A DNA stretch of 64,000 nt from Tolypothrix sp. VBCCA 56010. GTDB lineage: Bacteria; Cyanobacteriota; Cyanobacteriia; Cyanobacteriales; Nostocaceae. Where the stretch lies: NCBI RefSeq assembly GCF_050875635.1, contig NZ_JBPAOH010000006.1:49729-113728 (forward strand). The letters run 5' to 3'. The translations under genes were made by a program, and so were the position numbers. Below, piece after piece: positions 1-10,695 of the stretch; position 1 is the first letter of the stretch; each line of letters opens with the position of its first letter. The notes beneath the pieces were generated by a model that did no database searches, was not told where the DNA came from, and saw only the letters and a list, made by a program, of their open reading frames with translations.

Positions 1-362
1 GTCCTTGGGGTTCTTTCACGGTTTTGGAAGAAGGGCGCGGATACAAAATCAAGCGCATCGAAGTTAAGCCGGGACACCGCCTTAGCTTGCAAATGCACCA
101 TCACCGCAGCGAACACTGGATTGTCGTTTCTGGTACAGCTAAGGTAGTTTGTGGCGATCGCGAAGTGGTACTAAGCAATAATCAGTCAACCTACGTACCT
201 CAATGTACAACTCACCGTCTAGAAAATCCTGGTGTCATTCCTTTGGTGTTGATTGAAGTCCAAAATGGAGAATACTTAGGCGAAGATGATATTGTGCGCT
301 ACCAAGATGACTACGCCCGTACTAATGATGAAAACTCAAAGACCGCTGTCAAAAGTAGATAA
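1..362 (+). CDS. C-terminal cupin domain of a mannose-1-phosphate guanylyltransferase/mannose-6-phosphate isomerase; 5' end lies outside the window
   Basis: The reading frame is open from base 1. The translation has the cupin-like HxH...E motif characteristic of type II PMI C-terminal domains (HHHRSEHWIVVSGTAKV). Confidence 0.55.
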   Translation, partial: PWGSFTVLEEGRGYKIKRIEVKPGHRLSLQMHHHRSEHWIVVSGTAKVVCGDREVVLSNNQSTYVPQCTTHRLENPGVIPLVLIEVQNGEYLGEDDIVRYQDDYARTNDENSKTAVKSR

Positions 363-595
363 TTCGCCTTTGTGTTTCTATCATATCTCGCAGGTCGCCC
401 CGATCGGCTTGGAAGCCTGGACGCGGCTGTGCGTAAGTGTCGGCGTTCATAGCGGATTTTGGTGAGTAAAAAACGTCTTTGCTAACTGGGCGTGTCAATC
501 GCGATTGAAAATATCAAAGGTTTGCAAAGCAGCCTTAAATACTAACCCCATCTGTAATATGAAGATGGGGTTTTCAACTTAAGAACGTAAATTTT

Positions 596-925
596 ATGAT
601 TGAACTGAGTCAAGCAGCCGTCAGCGAAATTGGGCGATTAAAATCAAAGCAGCTGCTGTCAAATATTTTCGTTCGCTTGGCAGTCAAACCCGGTGGTTGT
701 TCGGGGTGGTTTTATGATATTTCTTTTGATGATGCGGTGAAAGATGACGATCGCCTCTTTGATTCTCACGGCATCCGAATACTCATAGACCCTGCCAGCT
801 TAGATTATATCAATGGTTTAATACTCGATTATTCAGAGGATCTTATGGGCGGTGGTTTTCGCTTTCATAATCAAAGAGCGATCGCTACCTGTGGCTGCGG
901 CAATTCTTTCTCTATCAGTCAGTAG
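596..925 (+). CDS. HesB/IscA-family iron-sulfur cluster insertion protein
   Basis: 109 aa. It carries the conserved Cys in GGCSGW and the C-terminal CGCGxSF motif typical of IscA/SufA/HesB A-type carriers. Confidence 0.8.
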   Translation: MIELSQAAVSEIGRLKSKQLLSNIFVRLAVKPGGCSGWFYDISFDDAVKDDDRLFDSHGIRILIDPASLDYINGLILDYSEDLMGGGFRFHNQRAIATCGCGNSFSISQ

Positions 926-1112
926 ATAGTGGATAGTGGGGCATAGGGCATAGGGCATGGGGACAAGGGGACAAAAAGACAAAAAGACAAGGAAAAATTT
1001 ATCCGATTCCCATTACCCATTACCGATTACCCATTACCAATGACGGCAGGTGCCTCAACGGAGGGAACCTCCGCACGGCACTGCCTACCCAATGCCCCAT
1101 GCCCCATGCCCT
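926..1112. repeat. Heptamer tandem arrays (GGGCATA/GGGCATG ... CCAATGCCCCATGCCCCATGCCC) in inverted arrangement around a short unique core
   Basis: Read directly from the sequence. The G-rich array follows the hesB-like stop and the complementary C-rich array lies upstream of rpsL. Confidence 0.75.
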
Positions 1113-1127
1113 ACAACCAACAAATAT

Positions 1128-1158
1128 TTGACACAAAACCCCCAGAAAACGATATAAT
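1128..1158 (+). promoter_or_regulatory. Candidate sigma70-type promoter for rpsL (TTGACA, 19-nt spacer, TATAAT)
   Basis: Exact TTGACA at 1128-1133 and TATAAT at 1153-1158. The spacer is 19 nt, which is slightly long, so confidence is low. Confidence 0.3.
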
Positions 1159-1209
1159 AAGGATTTGTTGAAAACTTAGACCTTAAAGCAGCTTCACGCG
1201 CTGTAACTC

Positions 1210-1593
1210 ATGCCAACCATACAGCAGCTCATCCGAACTGAACGCGAAAAAGCGCGTCAGAAAACCAAGTCCCCAGCTCTGAAGCAATGCCCTCAACGTC
1301 GAGGCGTTTGTACAAGAGTATACACAACTACACCGAAAAAACCGAACTCAGCTCTACGTAAAGTAGCACGGGTACGACTGACTTCGGGATTTGAAGTCAC
1401 AGCTTACATTCCCGGAATTGGTCACAACCTGCAAGAGCATTCCGTTGTGATGATTCGTGGCGGTCGGGTCAAGGACTTACCAGGCGTGAGATACCACATA
1501 ATTCGTGGCACCTTAGATACAGCCGGAGTCAAAGACCGCAAGCAAGGTCGTTCCAAATACGGAACCAAGCGTCCGAAAGAAGCGAAAAAATAG
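1210..1593 (+). CDS. rpsL: 30S ribosomal protein S12
   Basis: 127 aa. The [10 protein letters not shown]-terminus and the rest of the sequence are highly conserved S12, and the gene sits in the str operon. Confidence 0.97.
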
Positions 1594-1991
1594 AATGATA
1601 GTTAATTAATCGCATTAAATAGCGATTAATTGCTTCAGCTTTGTGTATAGCGCCAAAAAACGGTTAACGTTAGTGTAGACGTAAAGCAGCTTCCCCAAGG
1701 GTATGCTTGTTTGCCGGAGGCTTGCTCAGAAACGGCAGCCATCAGAGATGGTAGCTAGTTTAGGTGAAATCAAGTTAAATTGGTAAAGCTTCCACCTACA
1801 CCCGGTGCGTGCAGGATTTTTTAGAATGCTGAAGAGCGACAGCAGCATTTTAATTTTGTTTGATATTAAGGTATATAATATTGTCGCCTTGTTGTGTCAA
1901 GTTTTGGGCAACAAGTTAAGTTGAGAGAGCGTCGCAGCGATCGCATGTAACGCATATAATCTGGTTCGCAAATCCGAAGTAAGGGTAAAGT

Positions 1992-2462
1992 ATGTCTCGT
2001 CGTGGTGTTATTAAAAAGCGCCCAGTTCCGTCTGACTCCGTGTATAACAGTCGTCTTGTTAGCATGATAATTCGGCGGATAATGCGTCATGGCAAGAAAT
2101 CACTTGCCGCCCGGATTGTTTATGATGCTTTAAAAACAATTGAGGAACGCACTGGAGCGAATGCCTTAGAAACCTTTGAAAGAGCAGTGCGAAATGCAAC
2201 GCCTTTAGTAGAAGTAAAAGCTCGTCGGGTTGGTGGAGCAACCTATCAAGTACCGATGGAAGTACGTAATGATCGCGGTACCACCCTAGCATTGCGCTGG
2301 CTGGTGCAGTTTTCAAGGGCTAGACCCGGACGCACAATGGCAAGCAGACTGGCAAATGAATTAATGGATGCTGCCAACGAAACCGGAAACGCCATTCGCA
2401 AACGCGAAGAAACGCACCGGATGGCTGAAGCTAACAAAGCTTTTGCTCACTATCGTTACTAA
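1992..2462 (+). CDS. rpsG: 30S ribosomal protein S7
   Basis: 156 aa with the MSRRG...KKRPV start typical of S7. It follows rpsL and precedes fusA. Confidence 0.97.
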   Translation: MSRRGVIKKRPVPSDSVYNSRLVSMIIRRIMRHGKKSLAARIVYDALKTIEERTGANALETFERAVRNATPLVEVKARRVGGATYQVPMEVRNDRGTTLALRWLVQFSRARPGRTMASRLANELMDAANETGNAIRKREETHRMAEANKAFAHYRY

Positions 2463-2644
2463 CTGGCATTCTTACCTGTGTTACATAACAGGATGCCTAA
2501 ACTACGTAGAGAACCGATATATCGCTAGTAAAAAAGCGGTATATCGTGGATTTCTATAAAAAAAGGCGGTTTTCCGTAAAAGTATACAAACTTAACAAAG
2601 TGTAATATACAAGATATCATGAGGCGAAAACTTAGGAGGCAGCT

Positions 2645-4723
2645 GTGGCACGTACGATCCCACTAGAGAAAGTACGCAACATTGGGATTGCGGCGCATAT
2701 AGATGCGGGCAAGACAACAACAACAGAGAGAATATTATTTTACTCTGGCATTATTCACAAAATCGGTGAAGTCCACGAGGGAACAGCCGTAACAGACTGG
2801 ATGGAACAAGAGCGGGAGCGGGGAATTACCATCACTGCCGCTGCGATTACAACCAGTTGGAAAGATCATCAAATTAACATTATCGATACACCGGGTCACG
2901 TTGACTTCACGATTGAAGTTGAACGTTCGATGCGGGTGTTGGATGGTGTAATTGCAGTATTTTGTTCAGTGGGCGGCGTGCAACCGCAGTCAGAGACAGT
3001 GTGGCGGCAAGCAGACCGTTACAAAGTGCCTCGGATCGCCTTTATTAACAAAATGGATCGCACAGGGGCGAACTTTTATCGAGTTCACGATCAGATGCGC
3101 GATCGCCTGCGGGCAAATGCGATCGCCATTCAGCTGCCCATCGGTGCCGAAAACGACTTCAAAGGCATTGTTGACTTAGTGCAGATGCGTGCATACATCT
3201 ACAACAATGACCAGGGAACAGATATCCAAGAAACGGATATCCCCGCCGACATGCAAGAAAAAGCGGAAGAATACCGCGTCAAGTTAGTAGAAGCAGTGTC
3301 AGAAACCGATGACGATCTGATGACCAAGTACTTCGAGGGCGAAGAACTAACAACAGAAGAAATCAGTACTGCTCTGCGTAAAGGCACCATTGCAGGTACG
3401 ATTGTCCCAGTACTATGCGGTTCCGCCTTTAAAAATAAAGGCGTGCAATTGATGTTAGATGCAGTTGTAGATTACCTGCCAGCACCAACTGAAGTACCGC
3501 CAATTCAAGGCACGCTGCTGAATGGTGATACCGTTGAGCGTCGCGCTGATGACAACGAACCTCTATCGGCTTTGGCATTCAAAATTATGGCTGACCCTTA
3601 CGGTCGCCTTACCTTTGTCCGTGTTTATTCTGGGGTTCTCAAAAAGGGTAGCTACGTCCTCAACGCCACCAAGAATAAAAAAGAGCGGATTTCCCGTTTG
3701 GTGGTTTTGAAAGCAGATGAGCGGCAAGATGTCGAGGAACTGCGTGCAGGTGATTTAGGAGCCGCGTTGGGATTAAAAGATACCTTGACAGGTGACACCC
3801 TTTGTGATGACGGCTCACCAGTTATTCTGGAATCGCTGTTTATTCCTGAACCTGTCATCTCGGTAGCGGTTGAACCCAAAACCAAGAACGACATGGATAA
3901 ATTATCCAAGGCGTTGCAATCACTTTCGGAAGAAGACCCCACCTTCCGTGTCAGTGTTGACCAAGAAACAAACCAAACCGTGATTGCAGGGATGGGAGAG
4001 TTACACCTAGAAATTCTTGTAGACCGCATGTTGCGAGAATTTAAGGTAGAAGCGAATGTTGGTGCGCCACAAGTAGCTTACCGCGAAACCATTCGTAAAG
4101 GTGTCAACAGAGTAGAAGGCAAATTTATCCGTCAGAGTGGTGGTAAAGGTCAATACGGTCATGTTGTCATCAATTTAGAACCCGGAGAACCAGGAACTGG
4201 CTTTGAATTTGTTTCCAAGATTGTCGGTGGTATCGTACCGAAAGAGTACATCGGACCTGCCGAACAAGGAATGAAAGAAAGCTGTGAAAGCGGTGTTCTC
4301 GCTGGATATCCATTAATTGATGTCAAAGCAACGTTGGTTGATGGTTCTTACCACGATGTAGACTCGTCGGAAATGGCTTTCAAAATCGCTGGCTCAATGG
4401 CGATGAAAGAGGCTGTCATGAAAGCCTCACCTGTCCTGTTAGAGCCTATGATGAAAGTTGAGGTAGAAGTTCCCGAAAACTTCCTTGGAGATGTTATGGG
4501 CGACCTCAATTCCCGTCGTGGGCAAATTGAGGGGATGGGATCTGAGCAGGGAATTGCCAAAGTAACTGCTAAAGTACCATTGGCAGAAATGTTTGGCTAC
4601 GCTACTGACATCCGGTCTAAAACCCAAGGTCGGGGCATCTTCTCAATGGAGTTTAGCAACTACGACGAAGTGCCTCGTAACGTGGCAGAGGCAATCATTG
4701 CTAAAAGCAAAGGGAACGCTTAA
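2645..4723 (+). CDS. fusA: Elongation factor G (GTG start)
   Basis: 692 aa with the G-domain motifs AHIDAGKTT and DTPGHVDF and full EF-G length. It sits in str operon order. Confidence 0.97.
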   Translation: MARTIPLEKVRNIGIAAHIDAGKTTTTERILFYSGIIHKIGEVHEGTAVTDWMEQERERGITITAAAITTSWKDHQINIIDTPGHVDFTIEVERSMRVLDGVIAVFCSVGGVQPQSETVWRQADRYKVPRIAFINKMDRTGANFYRVHDQMRDRLRANAIAIQLPIGAENDFKGIVDLVQMRAYIYNNDQGTDIQETDIPADMQEKAEEYRVKLVEAVSETDDDLMTKYFEGEELTTEEISTALRKGTIAGTIVPVLCGSAFKNKGVQLMLDAVVDYLPAPTEVPPIQGTLLNGDTVERRADDNEPLSALAFKIMADPYGRLTFVRVYSGVLKKGSYVLNATKNKKERISRLVVLKADERQDVEELRAGDLGAALGLKDTLTGDTLCDDGSPVILESLFIPEPVISVAVEPKTKNDMDKLSKALQSLSEEDPTFRVSVDQETNQTVIAGMGELHLEILVDRMLREFKVEANVGAPQVAYRETIRKGVNRVEGKFIRQSGGKGQYGHVVINLEPGEPGTGFEFVSKIVGGIVPKEYIGPAEQGMKESCESGVLAGYPLIDVKATLVDGSYHDVDSSEMAFKIAGSMAMKEAVMKASPVLLEPMMKVEVEVPENFLGDVMGDLNSRRGQIEGMGSEQGIAKVTAKVPLAEMFGYATDIRSKTQGRGIFSMEFSNYDEVPRNVAEAIIAKSKGNA

Positions 4724-4746
4724 TTAGATAAAGGAAACGAGGATTA

Positions 4747-5976
4747 ATGGCACGCGCAAAGTTTGAAAGGAATAAACCCCACATAAATATCGGTACTGTT
4801 GGGCACGTTGACCACGGTAAAACTACTTTAACAGCAGCTATCACGATGACCTTAGCTGCTTTGGGTCAAGCTGTGGCTAAGGGTTACGATCAAATCGATA
4901 ACGCACCCGAAGAAAAGGCACGGGGTATTACAATTAATACCGCTCACGTTGAGTACGAAACCGAAAATCGTCACTATGCTCACGTAGACTGTCCCGGACA
5001 CGCTGACTATGTGAAGAACATGATCACCGGTGCAGCACAAATGGATGGAGGCATCCTTGTAGTAGCTGCTACCGATGGTCCCATGCCCCAAACTCGCGAA
5101 CACATTTTGTTAGCAAAGCAGGTGGGTGTACCCAGCTTGGTTGTCTTCTTGAACAAAGAAGACTTGATGGATGACCCAGAACTATTGGAACTAGTAGAAC
5201 TAGAACTGAGAGAATTGCTTTCTAGCTACGATTTCCCTGGTGACGACATCCCCATTATCAAAGGTTCTGGTCTGCAAGCTCTGGAAGCTATGACCAAGAA
5301 TCCTAAGACCCAACGCGGTGAAAATGAGTGGGTAGATAAAATCTATGAGTTGATGGACTCTGTAGATTCGTTTATCCCCACTCCTGAGCGAGATGTCGAT
5401 AAGCCTTTCTTAATGGCGATTGAAGACGTATTCTCCATCACAGGTCGTGGTACTGTTGCCACAGGTCGGATTGAGCGGGGTATAGTCAAAGTAGGCGATA
5501 ACGTTGAACTAGTGGGTATCAGAAACACTCGCGCCACTACCGTAACTGGTATTGAGATGTTCAAGAAGAGTCTTGACCAGGGTATGGCTGGGGATAACGC
5601 CGGTGTACTATTGCGCGGTATTCAGAAAACTGATATTGAACGCGGTATGGTGCTAGCAAAACCCGGTTCGATTACTCCCCACACCCAATTTGAAGGTGAA
5701 GTGTACGTGCTGACAGAAAAAGAAGGTGGTCGCAAGACTCCATTTTTCTCTGGCTATCGTCCTCAGTTTTATGTGCGGACAACAGACGTAACAGGCACGA
5801 TTACAGCATTCACTTCCGATGATGGCAAAGAGGCAGAAATGGTGATGCCTGGAGACCGGATTAAAATGAGTGTGGAATTAATCAACCCGATCGCTATTGA
5901 ACAAGGTATGCGCTTCGCTATTCGTGAAGGTGGTCGCACCATCGGTGCGGGTGTCGTATCCAAAATCCTGAAGTAA
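4747..5976 (+). CDS. tuf: Elongation factor Tu
   Basis: 409 aa with [18 protein letters not shown] and NKED motifs. It lies 24 bp downstream of fusA. Confidence 0.97.
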   Translation: MARAKFERNKPHINIGTVGHVDHGKTTLTAAITMTLAALGQAVAKGYDQIDNAPEEKARGITINTAHVEYETENRHYAHVDCPGHADYVKNMITGAAQMDGGILVVAATDGPMPQTREHILLAKQVGVPSLVVFLNKEDLMDDPELLELVELELRELLSSYDFPGDDIPIIKGSGLQALEAMTKNPKTQRGENEWVDKIYELMDSVDSFIPTPERDVDKPFLMAIEDVFSITGRGTVATGRIERGIVKVGDNVELVGIRNTRATTVTGIEMFKKSLDQGMAGDNAGVLLRGIQKTDIERGMVLAKPGSITPHTQFEGEVYVLTEKEGGRKTPFFSGYRPQFYVRTTDVTGTITAFTSDDGKEAEMVMPGDRIKMSVELINPIAIEQGMRFAIREGGRTIGAGVVSKILK

Positions 5977-6001
5977 CACTTCTGTAATTTAATCAAAATA
6001 T

Positions 6002-6040
6002 GGAGCAGAGATGGTATAATGCCTCTCTGCTCCTTTCTCT
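6002..6040 (+). terminator. Rho-independent terminator after tuf
   Basis: Stem GGAGCAGAG...CTCTGCTCC followed by TTTCTCT, read directly from the sequence. Confidence 0.6.
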
Positions 6041-6051
6041 GACCTCAAATT

Positions 6052-6139
6052 TAGGGAGTGGGGAATAGGCAGTAGGGAATAGGGTAAAAAAAGAAATTAC
6101 CACTCACTACTCCCTACTCCCCACTCCCCAGTCCCCTAA
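6052..6139. repeat. G-rich heptamer array (GGGAGTG/GGGAATA) and a complementary C-rich array flanking an A-rich core
   Basis: TAGGGAGTGGGGAATAGGCAGTAGGGAATAGGG ... CCACTCACTACTCCCTACTCCCCACTCCCCAGTCCCC, an approximate inverted complement. Confidence 0.7.
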
Positions 6140-6164
6140 TTAATCAGAACCTGGACAATTAAAG

Positions 6165-6482
6165 ATGGCAACTCTACAACAGCAGAAAATTAGAATTCGC
6201 TTACAGGCTTTTGACCGCCGCTTACTGGATACATCTTGCGAGAAGATTGTAGACACAGCTAACCGGACTAACGCTACAGCCATAGGACCGATTCCTTTAC
6301 CAACAAAACGCAGAATTTATTGCGTACTGCGATCGCCTCACGTCGATAAAGACTCACGAGAACACTTTGAAACTCGCACCCATCGCCGCATTATTGACAT
6401 CTATCAGCCTTCTTCTAAAACTATTGATGCTTTGATGAAACTTGATTTGCCATCTGGTGTGGATATTGAAGTGAAATTGTAA
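6165..6482 (+). CDS. rpsJ: 30S ribosomal protein S10
   Basis: 105 aa. The S10 sequence is conserved and the gene follows tuf, as in the cyanobacterial str cluster. Confidence 0.95.
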   Translation: MATLQQQKIRIRLQAFDRRLLDTSCEKIVDTANRTNATAIGPIPLPTKRRIYCVLRSPHVDKDSREHFETRTHRRIIDIYQPSSKTIDALMKLDLPSGVDIEVKL

Positions 6483-6483
6483 A

Positions 6484-6586
6484 TGGATAGTGGGGCATGG
6501 GGCATAGGGCATGGGGCATAGGGCATGGAAAAAATCTCCCATTGCCCATTGCCCATTGCCCATTGCCCATTGCCCAACATCCTTAG
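6484..6586. repeat. Heptamer arrays: GGGGCAT/GGGCATA (five units) facing CCCATTG (five units)
   Basis: Read directly from the sequence. The arrays start immediately after the rpsJ stop. Confidence 0.8.
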
Positions 6587-6599
6587 TATGAATATTTAC

Positions 6600-6638
6600 A
6601 AAGCCCTGAAGAAATATGTCTCAGGGCTTTTTATTTAG
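6600..6638 (+). terminator. Rho-independent terminator (AAAGCCCTGA...TCAGGGCTTTTTATTT)
   Basis: A 10-bp stem followed by a T-run, read directly from the sequence. It lies downstream of rpsJ and the repeat. Confidence 0.6.
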
Positions 6639-6725
6639 CCGGAAAACAAATGGTAGAATGTAAGCAATAAACGGGAAAAGCAAAAAATAATATCTTTTAA
6701 AGATTAAATTTATACCAAGGCAACA

Positions 6726-7373
6726 ATGGCATCTTCTTCTAAAATTGCGGTTCGCGAACTACCTCTGTTCCCGTTACCCGAAGTAGTTCTATTTCCTACC
6801 AGACCATTACCACTACATATTTTTGAATTTCGCTACAGAATCATGATGAACACGATTCTGGAGAGCGATCGCAGGTTTGGTGTTTTGATGTACGATCAAG
6901 CAAAAGGCACAATTTCCAACGTTGGCTGCTGTGCGGAAATTATTCATTACCAACGCCTGCCAGATGACCGCATGAAGATGCTAACTTTAGGACAACAAAG
7001 ATTTCGCGTCCTAGAATATGTCAGAGAAAAGCCATATCGTGTTGGTTTAGTTGAGTGGATTGAAGACCACCCACCAAGCAAAGATTTACGACCTTTAGCA
7101 ACAGATGTAGAACAACTGCTGCGAGATGTTGTGCGTCTATCATCTAAGTTGACCGAACAAAATATCGAACTACCAGAAGATTTGCCAGACTTGCCGATAG
7201 AATTATCTTACTGGGTAGCGAGTAACCTTTATGGTGTAGCCCCAGAGCAACAGTTATTGTTAGAAATGCAAGACACCGCAGCTCGCTTAGAACGCGAAGC
7301 AGAAATTTTGACTTCTACTCGCAATCATTTGGCAGCTCGGACTGTTCTCAAAGACACCTTTAATGATAAATAA
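6726..7373 (+). CDS. LON N-terminal (substrate-binding) domain protein
   Basis: 215 aa. The LPLFPL...VLFP start is typical of standalone Lon N-domain proteins. Confidence 0.7.
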   Translation: MASSSKIAVRELPLFPLPEVVLFPTRPLPLHIFEFRYRIMMNTILESDRRFGVLMYDQAKGTISNVGCCAEIIHYQRLPDDRMKMLTLGQQRFRVLEYVREKPYRVGLVEWIEDHPPSKDLRPLATDVEQLLRDVVRLSSKLTEQNIELPEDLPDLPIELSYWVASNLYGVAPEQQLLLEMQDTAARLEREAEILTSTRNHLAARTVLKDTFNDK

Positions 7374-7429
7374 TGAGTTAATAGTCAACAGTCAACAGTT
7401 AAAGTATCTTTAGACTTTAGACTGTTAAC

Positions 7430-8302
7430 TTATAGAGCGTTGGCTGGTAGAACATTGTAACTACCAAAAATTTTTAATACTTCTGTGTGAGTGCTTAATT
7501 CAGCCAAAGCAGATTGCATTTTTTGCTCGGTGGAATCTGCTTCTAAATCAATAAAAAACAAGTATTCTCCGAGCGATCGCTTTGTCGGGCGAGACTGAAT
7601 TTTGCTAAGGTTAATATCAAGTTCGGCAAATATTTGTAACGGTTTAACCAAAGAACCCGGTGTATTTGCAGGCATACTGAAAGCCAAAGAAGTATGACTA
7701 GCACTTGCTGAAGCTATTCGATAAGCTGTGTCTACTTCAGTTTGACTTACCACCAAAAAGCGAGTACAGTTTTCTGGATAGTCGTTAATTCCCCTAGCTA
7801 GTATTGGCAAGTTGTACAATTGCGCCGCCCTACTAGATGAAATCACTGCTGCCGTTTTGTCGTGTTCTAAGCGTTGTAGCGGCTCGGTTGTAGAATTAGT
7901 GGGAATCAGCTGCACGCTAGGCAGATATTTTTCCAACCATCGCTGACATTGCGCTAAAGCTTGCGGATGAGAAGAAACTGTTTTAATGTTATCTAAGCTA
8001 CTAGCGCCGGAAATTAACGCATGAGCGATCGGCATTACCAACGCCATCTGAATTCGCAAAGTTTCCAGTTGCCATAGCCAATCCAGCGTCATTGTCACGC
8101 TTCCTTCTATAGAATTTTCCACAGGCACAACAGCCAACTGTGCATTACTTTGAGCAACAGCTTGGAGTGACTGGGCAATGCTGGGATAAGGACACAAGTT
8201 AGCTTCAATTCCCTTGTTTTTCGCCAGCCAGTTGAGATAAAAAACAGCCGCTTGTTCTGCGTAAGTGCCAGGAGGTCCTAAATGTGCAATCGATTGATTC
8301 AT
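7430..8302 (-). CDS. pheA: Prephenate dehydratase
   Basis: 290 aa. An N-terminal PDT domain (IAHLGPPGTYAEQAA) is followed by a C-terminal ACT domain. Confidence 0.85.
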   Translation of the reverse strand: MNQSIAHLGPPGTYAEQAAVFYLNWLAKNKGIEANLCPYPSIAQSLQAVAQSNAQLAVVPVENSIEGSVTMTLDWLWQLETLRIQMALVMPIAHALISGASSLDNIKTVSSHPQALAQCQRWLEKYLPSVQLIPTNSTTEPLQRLEHDKTAAVISSSRAAQLYNLPILARGINDYPENCTRFLVVSQTEVDTAYRIASASASHTSLAFSMPANTPGSLVKPLQIFAELDINLSKIQSRPTKRSLGEYLFFIDLEADSTEQKMQSALAELSTHTEVLKIFGSYNVLPANAL

Positions 8303-8401
8303 CGTTTTTAGCCTTTAATTACCGTTTATATTCATAACAGATAACAAGAGCGGCTGAAACTATCGGATCGCAAAAAGCTGAAAATAATCCAAAAATGATT
8401 T

Positions 8402-9031
8402 ATGACTCAAGCCCAAGTCGAACCCAAACTATACAGCTTCGATGAATTTATAAGTTGGTATCCCGAAAATTCATTCAACCGGTACGAACTGCACGACGGA
8501 GTAATTATCGAAATGCCCAAGCCAAAGGGAAAACATTCAAATCTAACAGGTTCCCTTATCGAGCAACTATTGATAATTATCAGGCAGAGTGGCTCTGGCG
8601 GCATCTGGACTATTCCCAGAGAAGCGATCGCCAAACCCAAACGGGAAAAATCAGGTTATGAGCCGGATATCATCGTTTTGAACAAAGAAGTTCTTGGGGC
8701 AGAACCCCGGTGGGAAAGCGAATCGATTATCCAAAATCCTGATTCGGTCAAATTAATCGTCGAGGTTGTTTCAACTAATTGGCGTGACGATTACTACGAT
8801 AAACTTCGGGATTATGAAGAAATGGGCATCCAGGAATATTGGATTATCGATTATGCAGCACTGGGGGCAAGAAAGTTTATCGGCAACCCCAAGCAACCGA
8901 CAATTTTTGTTTGTAACTTGGTTGATGGAGAATATCAGATGACTTCATTTACAGGAAACACTTTAATTGTTTCCCCGACCTTCCCCCAATTCAACTTGAC
9001 CGCACAGCAGATTTTCGATTTGGCTTCGTAG
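8402..9031 (+). CDS. Uma2-family (DUF820) restriction-endonuclease-like protein
   Basis: 209 aa. It has the conserved YELHDGVII and EYWIID segments typical of cyanobacterial Uma2 proteins. Confidence 0.75.
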   Translation: MTQAQVEPKLYSFDEFISWYPENSFNRYELHDGVIIEMPKPKGKHSNLTGSLIEQLLIIIRQSGSGGIWTIPREAIAKPKREKSGYEPDIIVLNKEVLGAEPRWESESIIQNPDSVKLIVEVVSTNWRDDYYDKLRDYEEMGIQEYWIIDYAALGARKFIGNPKQPTIFVCNLVDGEYQMTSFTGNTLIVSPTFPQFNLTAQQIFDLAS

Positions 9032-9276
9032 GTGGTTGAAAATAAAATTTAAATTCTTTGTATGAATAAAGCTCAGTATTTGGCGAAAAAATCGATAACT
9101 ATAACTGAGGTTAGATGTTGAGAGACAACACTGAAGGATATACTAAAATAACATTTTGCTACGCAATTGCACGTAAAGTTAACAGTATTAAGGAGTTAAA
9201 AGTTCATCAAGTAACTTTATAATTAGTAATTTATTGGCAAAAAAATTTAAAATTATTTTACTATACGCAATTTCGT

Positions 9277-9870
9277 TTGCTCATGGCTACCAGGTTTACT
9301 GCCTCTTTATCGGTTGAAATCGCTGTTCCAGAGCAGCCGATTCCCATTCAGCATTACTTGCGTCAACCGCAACGCCTAGTTAATGCTTTAGTTGACCCCA
9401 CTCGCATTCAGCAACTTTCGGAAGAAGTATTTCGCTTAAAAATGCGTCCGCTGACTTTTATGACACTCAGTATTCAGCCAACTGTAGACATGAGAGTTTG
9501 GGCAGAATCAAATGGAACTATTTGTTTGCGATCGGTGGGTTGTGAAATTCTTGGTGTTGAATATATTAACCAACGTTTTGCTCTAAATTTAAAAGGGTAT
9601 TTATCTCCCCACGAGCGATCGGCTGACACTCTCTTAAAAGGAAAAGCTGATTTAGAGGTGCAGGTTGAGTTACCACCGCCATTTTCCTTCATGCCAACAT
9701 CGATTTTAGAAACTACCGGCAATGGTTTGCTAAAAAGTGTTTTGATGACAGTTAAGCAAAGATTGTTACATCAACTATTGGCAGATTATCGTCGTTGGGT
9801 AATATCGCAAACTAAGGAAATAGAAGTTGATGATAACAGTACTAAATTACCTATCCTCGGTACAGAGTAA
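9277..9870 (+). CDS. Conserved cyanobacterial hypothetical protein (DUF1997-like)
   Basis: 197 aa. The family assignment is from memory of conserved cyanobacterial ORFs and is not certain. Confidence 0.5.
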   Translation: MLMATRFTASLSVEIAVPEQPIPIQHYLRQPQRLVNALVDPTRIQQLSEEVFRLKMRPLTFMTLSIQPTVDMRVWAESNGTICLRSVGCEILGVEYINQRFALNLKGYLSPHERSADTLLKGKADLEVQVELPPPFSFMPTSILETTGNGLLKSVLMTVKQRLLHQLLADYRRWVISQTKEIEVDDNSTKLPILGTE

Positions 9871-10008
9871 TTGTTGCTAGTTGACTTTTGATCGTCAACA
9901 TAATTCATAATTACAATCGGTGGGGGCTTTGACACGAAGTAATTATGAATTATGAATTATGAATTAATAATTATTTGGTCAACTAACAACCAACAATTAA
10001 CTCTTTAC

Positions 10009-10680
10009 TCAAAGCTGAATTTGGCAAGGACGAAATGAGCGACGATGCAGCGGGGAAGCACCGTAGTGTTGCAGCGCGGTTAGATGTCGCTGGCTACCAT
10101 AACCTTTGTTTTGTTCTAGGTCATACATAGGGTATTTTGATGCCAGACGCATCACCAAATCGTCACGCCACACTTTCGCAACAATACTAGCAGAGGCAAT
10201 GGTAAGCGATCGCTCGTCACCTTTGACTATTGTTTGTTGCGGCATTAACAAGCCTTTCACCAATTGATTGCCATCAATTAAGCAAAGTGCAGGCTGTACC
10301 TTCAGCTTCAGCACGGAACGCTTCATTGCTAAAAGTGTTGCCTGCAAAATGTTTATAGAGTCAATTTCGGCAGTTGAAGCAAAACCGATTTTCCAGTCTA
10401 TCGCCAATGCACAAATTTGCTGCGCTAACTGAATTCTTCGAGAACTAGACAGCTTTTTACTATCTTTAATTTTAGCCGCCATCAGAACGGGTATTGCGCT
10501 TTCTGGTAGGATAACTGCTGCCGCAACTACAGGACCAAATAGCGCACCCCGCCCCACTTCATCTACACCTGCAATCAACCCTTGTTGAATATCTGAATAG
10601 CCAGACAATTCCAGCCAAATCGATTCTCCGGGAGATGTTTTTGATCCTAAAGAAACGACAGCTTGCTTTTTCTGTACCAT
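10009..10680 (-). CDS. rnhB: Ribonuclease HII
   Basis: 223 aa with the catalytic DEVGRGALFGPVV motif. It sits immediately downstream of rne, as in the conserved cyanobacterial rne-rnhB operon. Confidence 0.9.
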   Translation of the reverse strand: MVQKKQAVVSLGSKTSPGESIWLELSGYSDIQQGLIAGVDEVGRGALFGPVVAAAVILPESAIPVLMAAKIKDSKKLSSSRRIQLAQQICALAIDWKIGFASTAEIDSINILQATLLAMKRSVLKLKVQPALCLIDGNQLVKGLLMPQQTIVKGDERSLTIASASIVAKVWRDDLVMRLASKYPMYDLEQNKGYGSQRHLTALQHYGASPLHRRSFRPCQIQL

Positions 10681-10695
10681 TACAAAACTTAACTT

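Noticed and set aside
2952-5996. Multiple short ORFs inside fusA and tuf on either strand
   Set aside because: They are embedded in highly conserved translation-factor genes and are frame-shadow artifacts.
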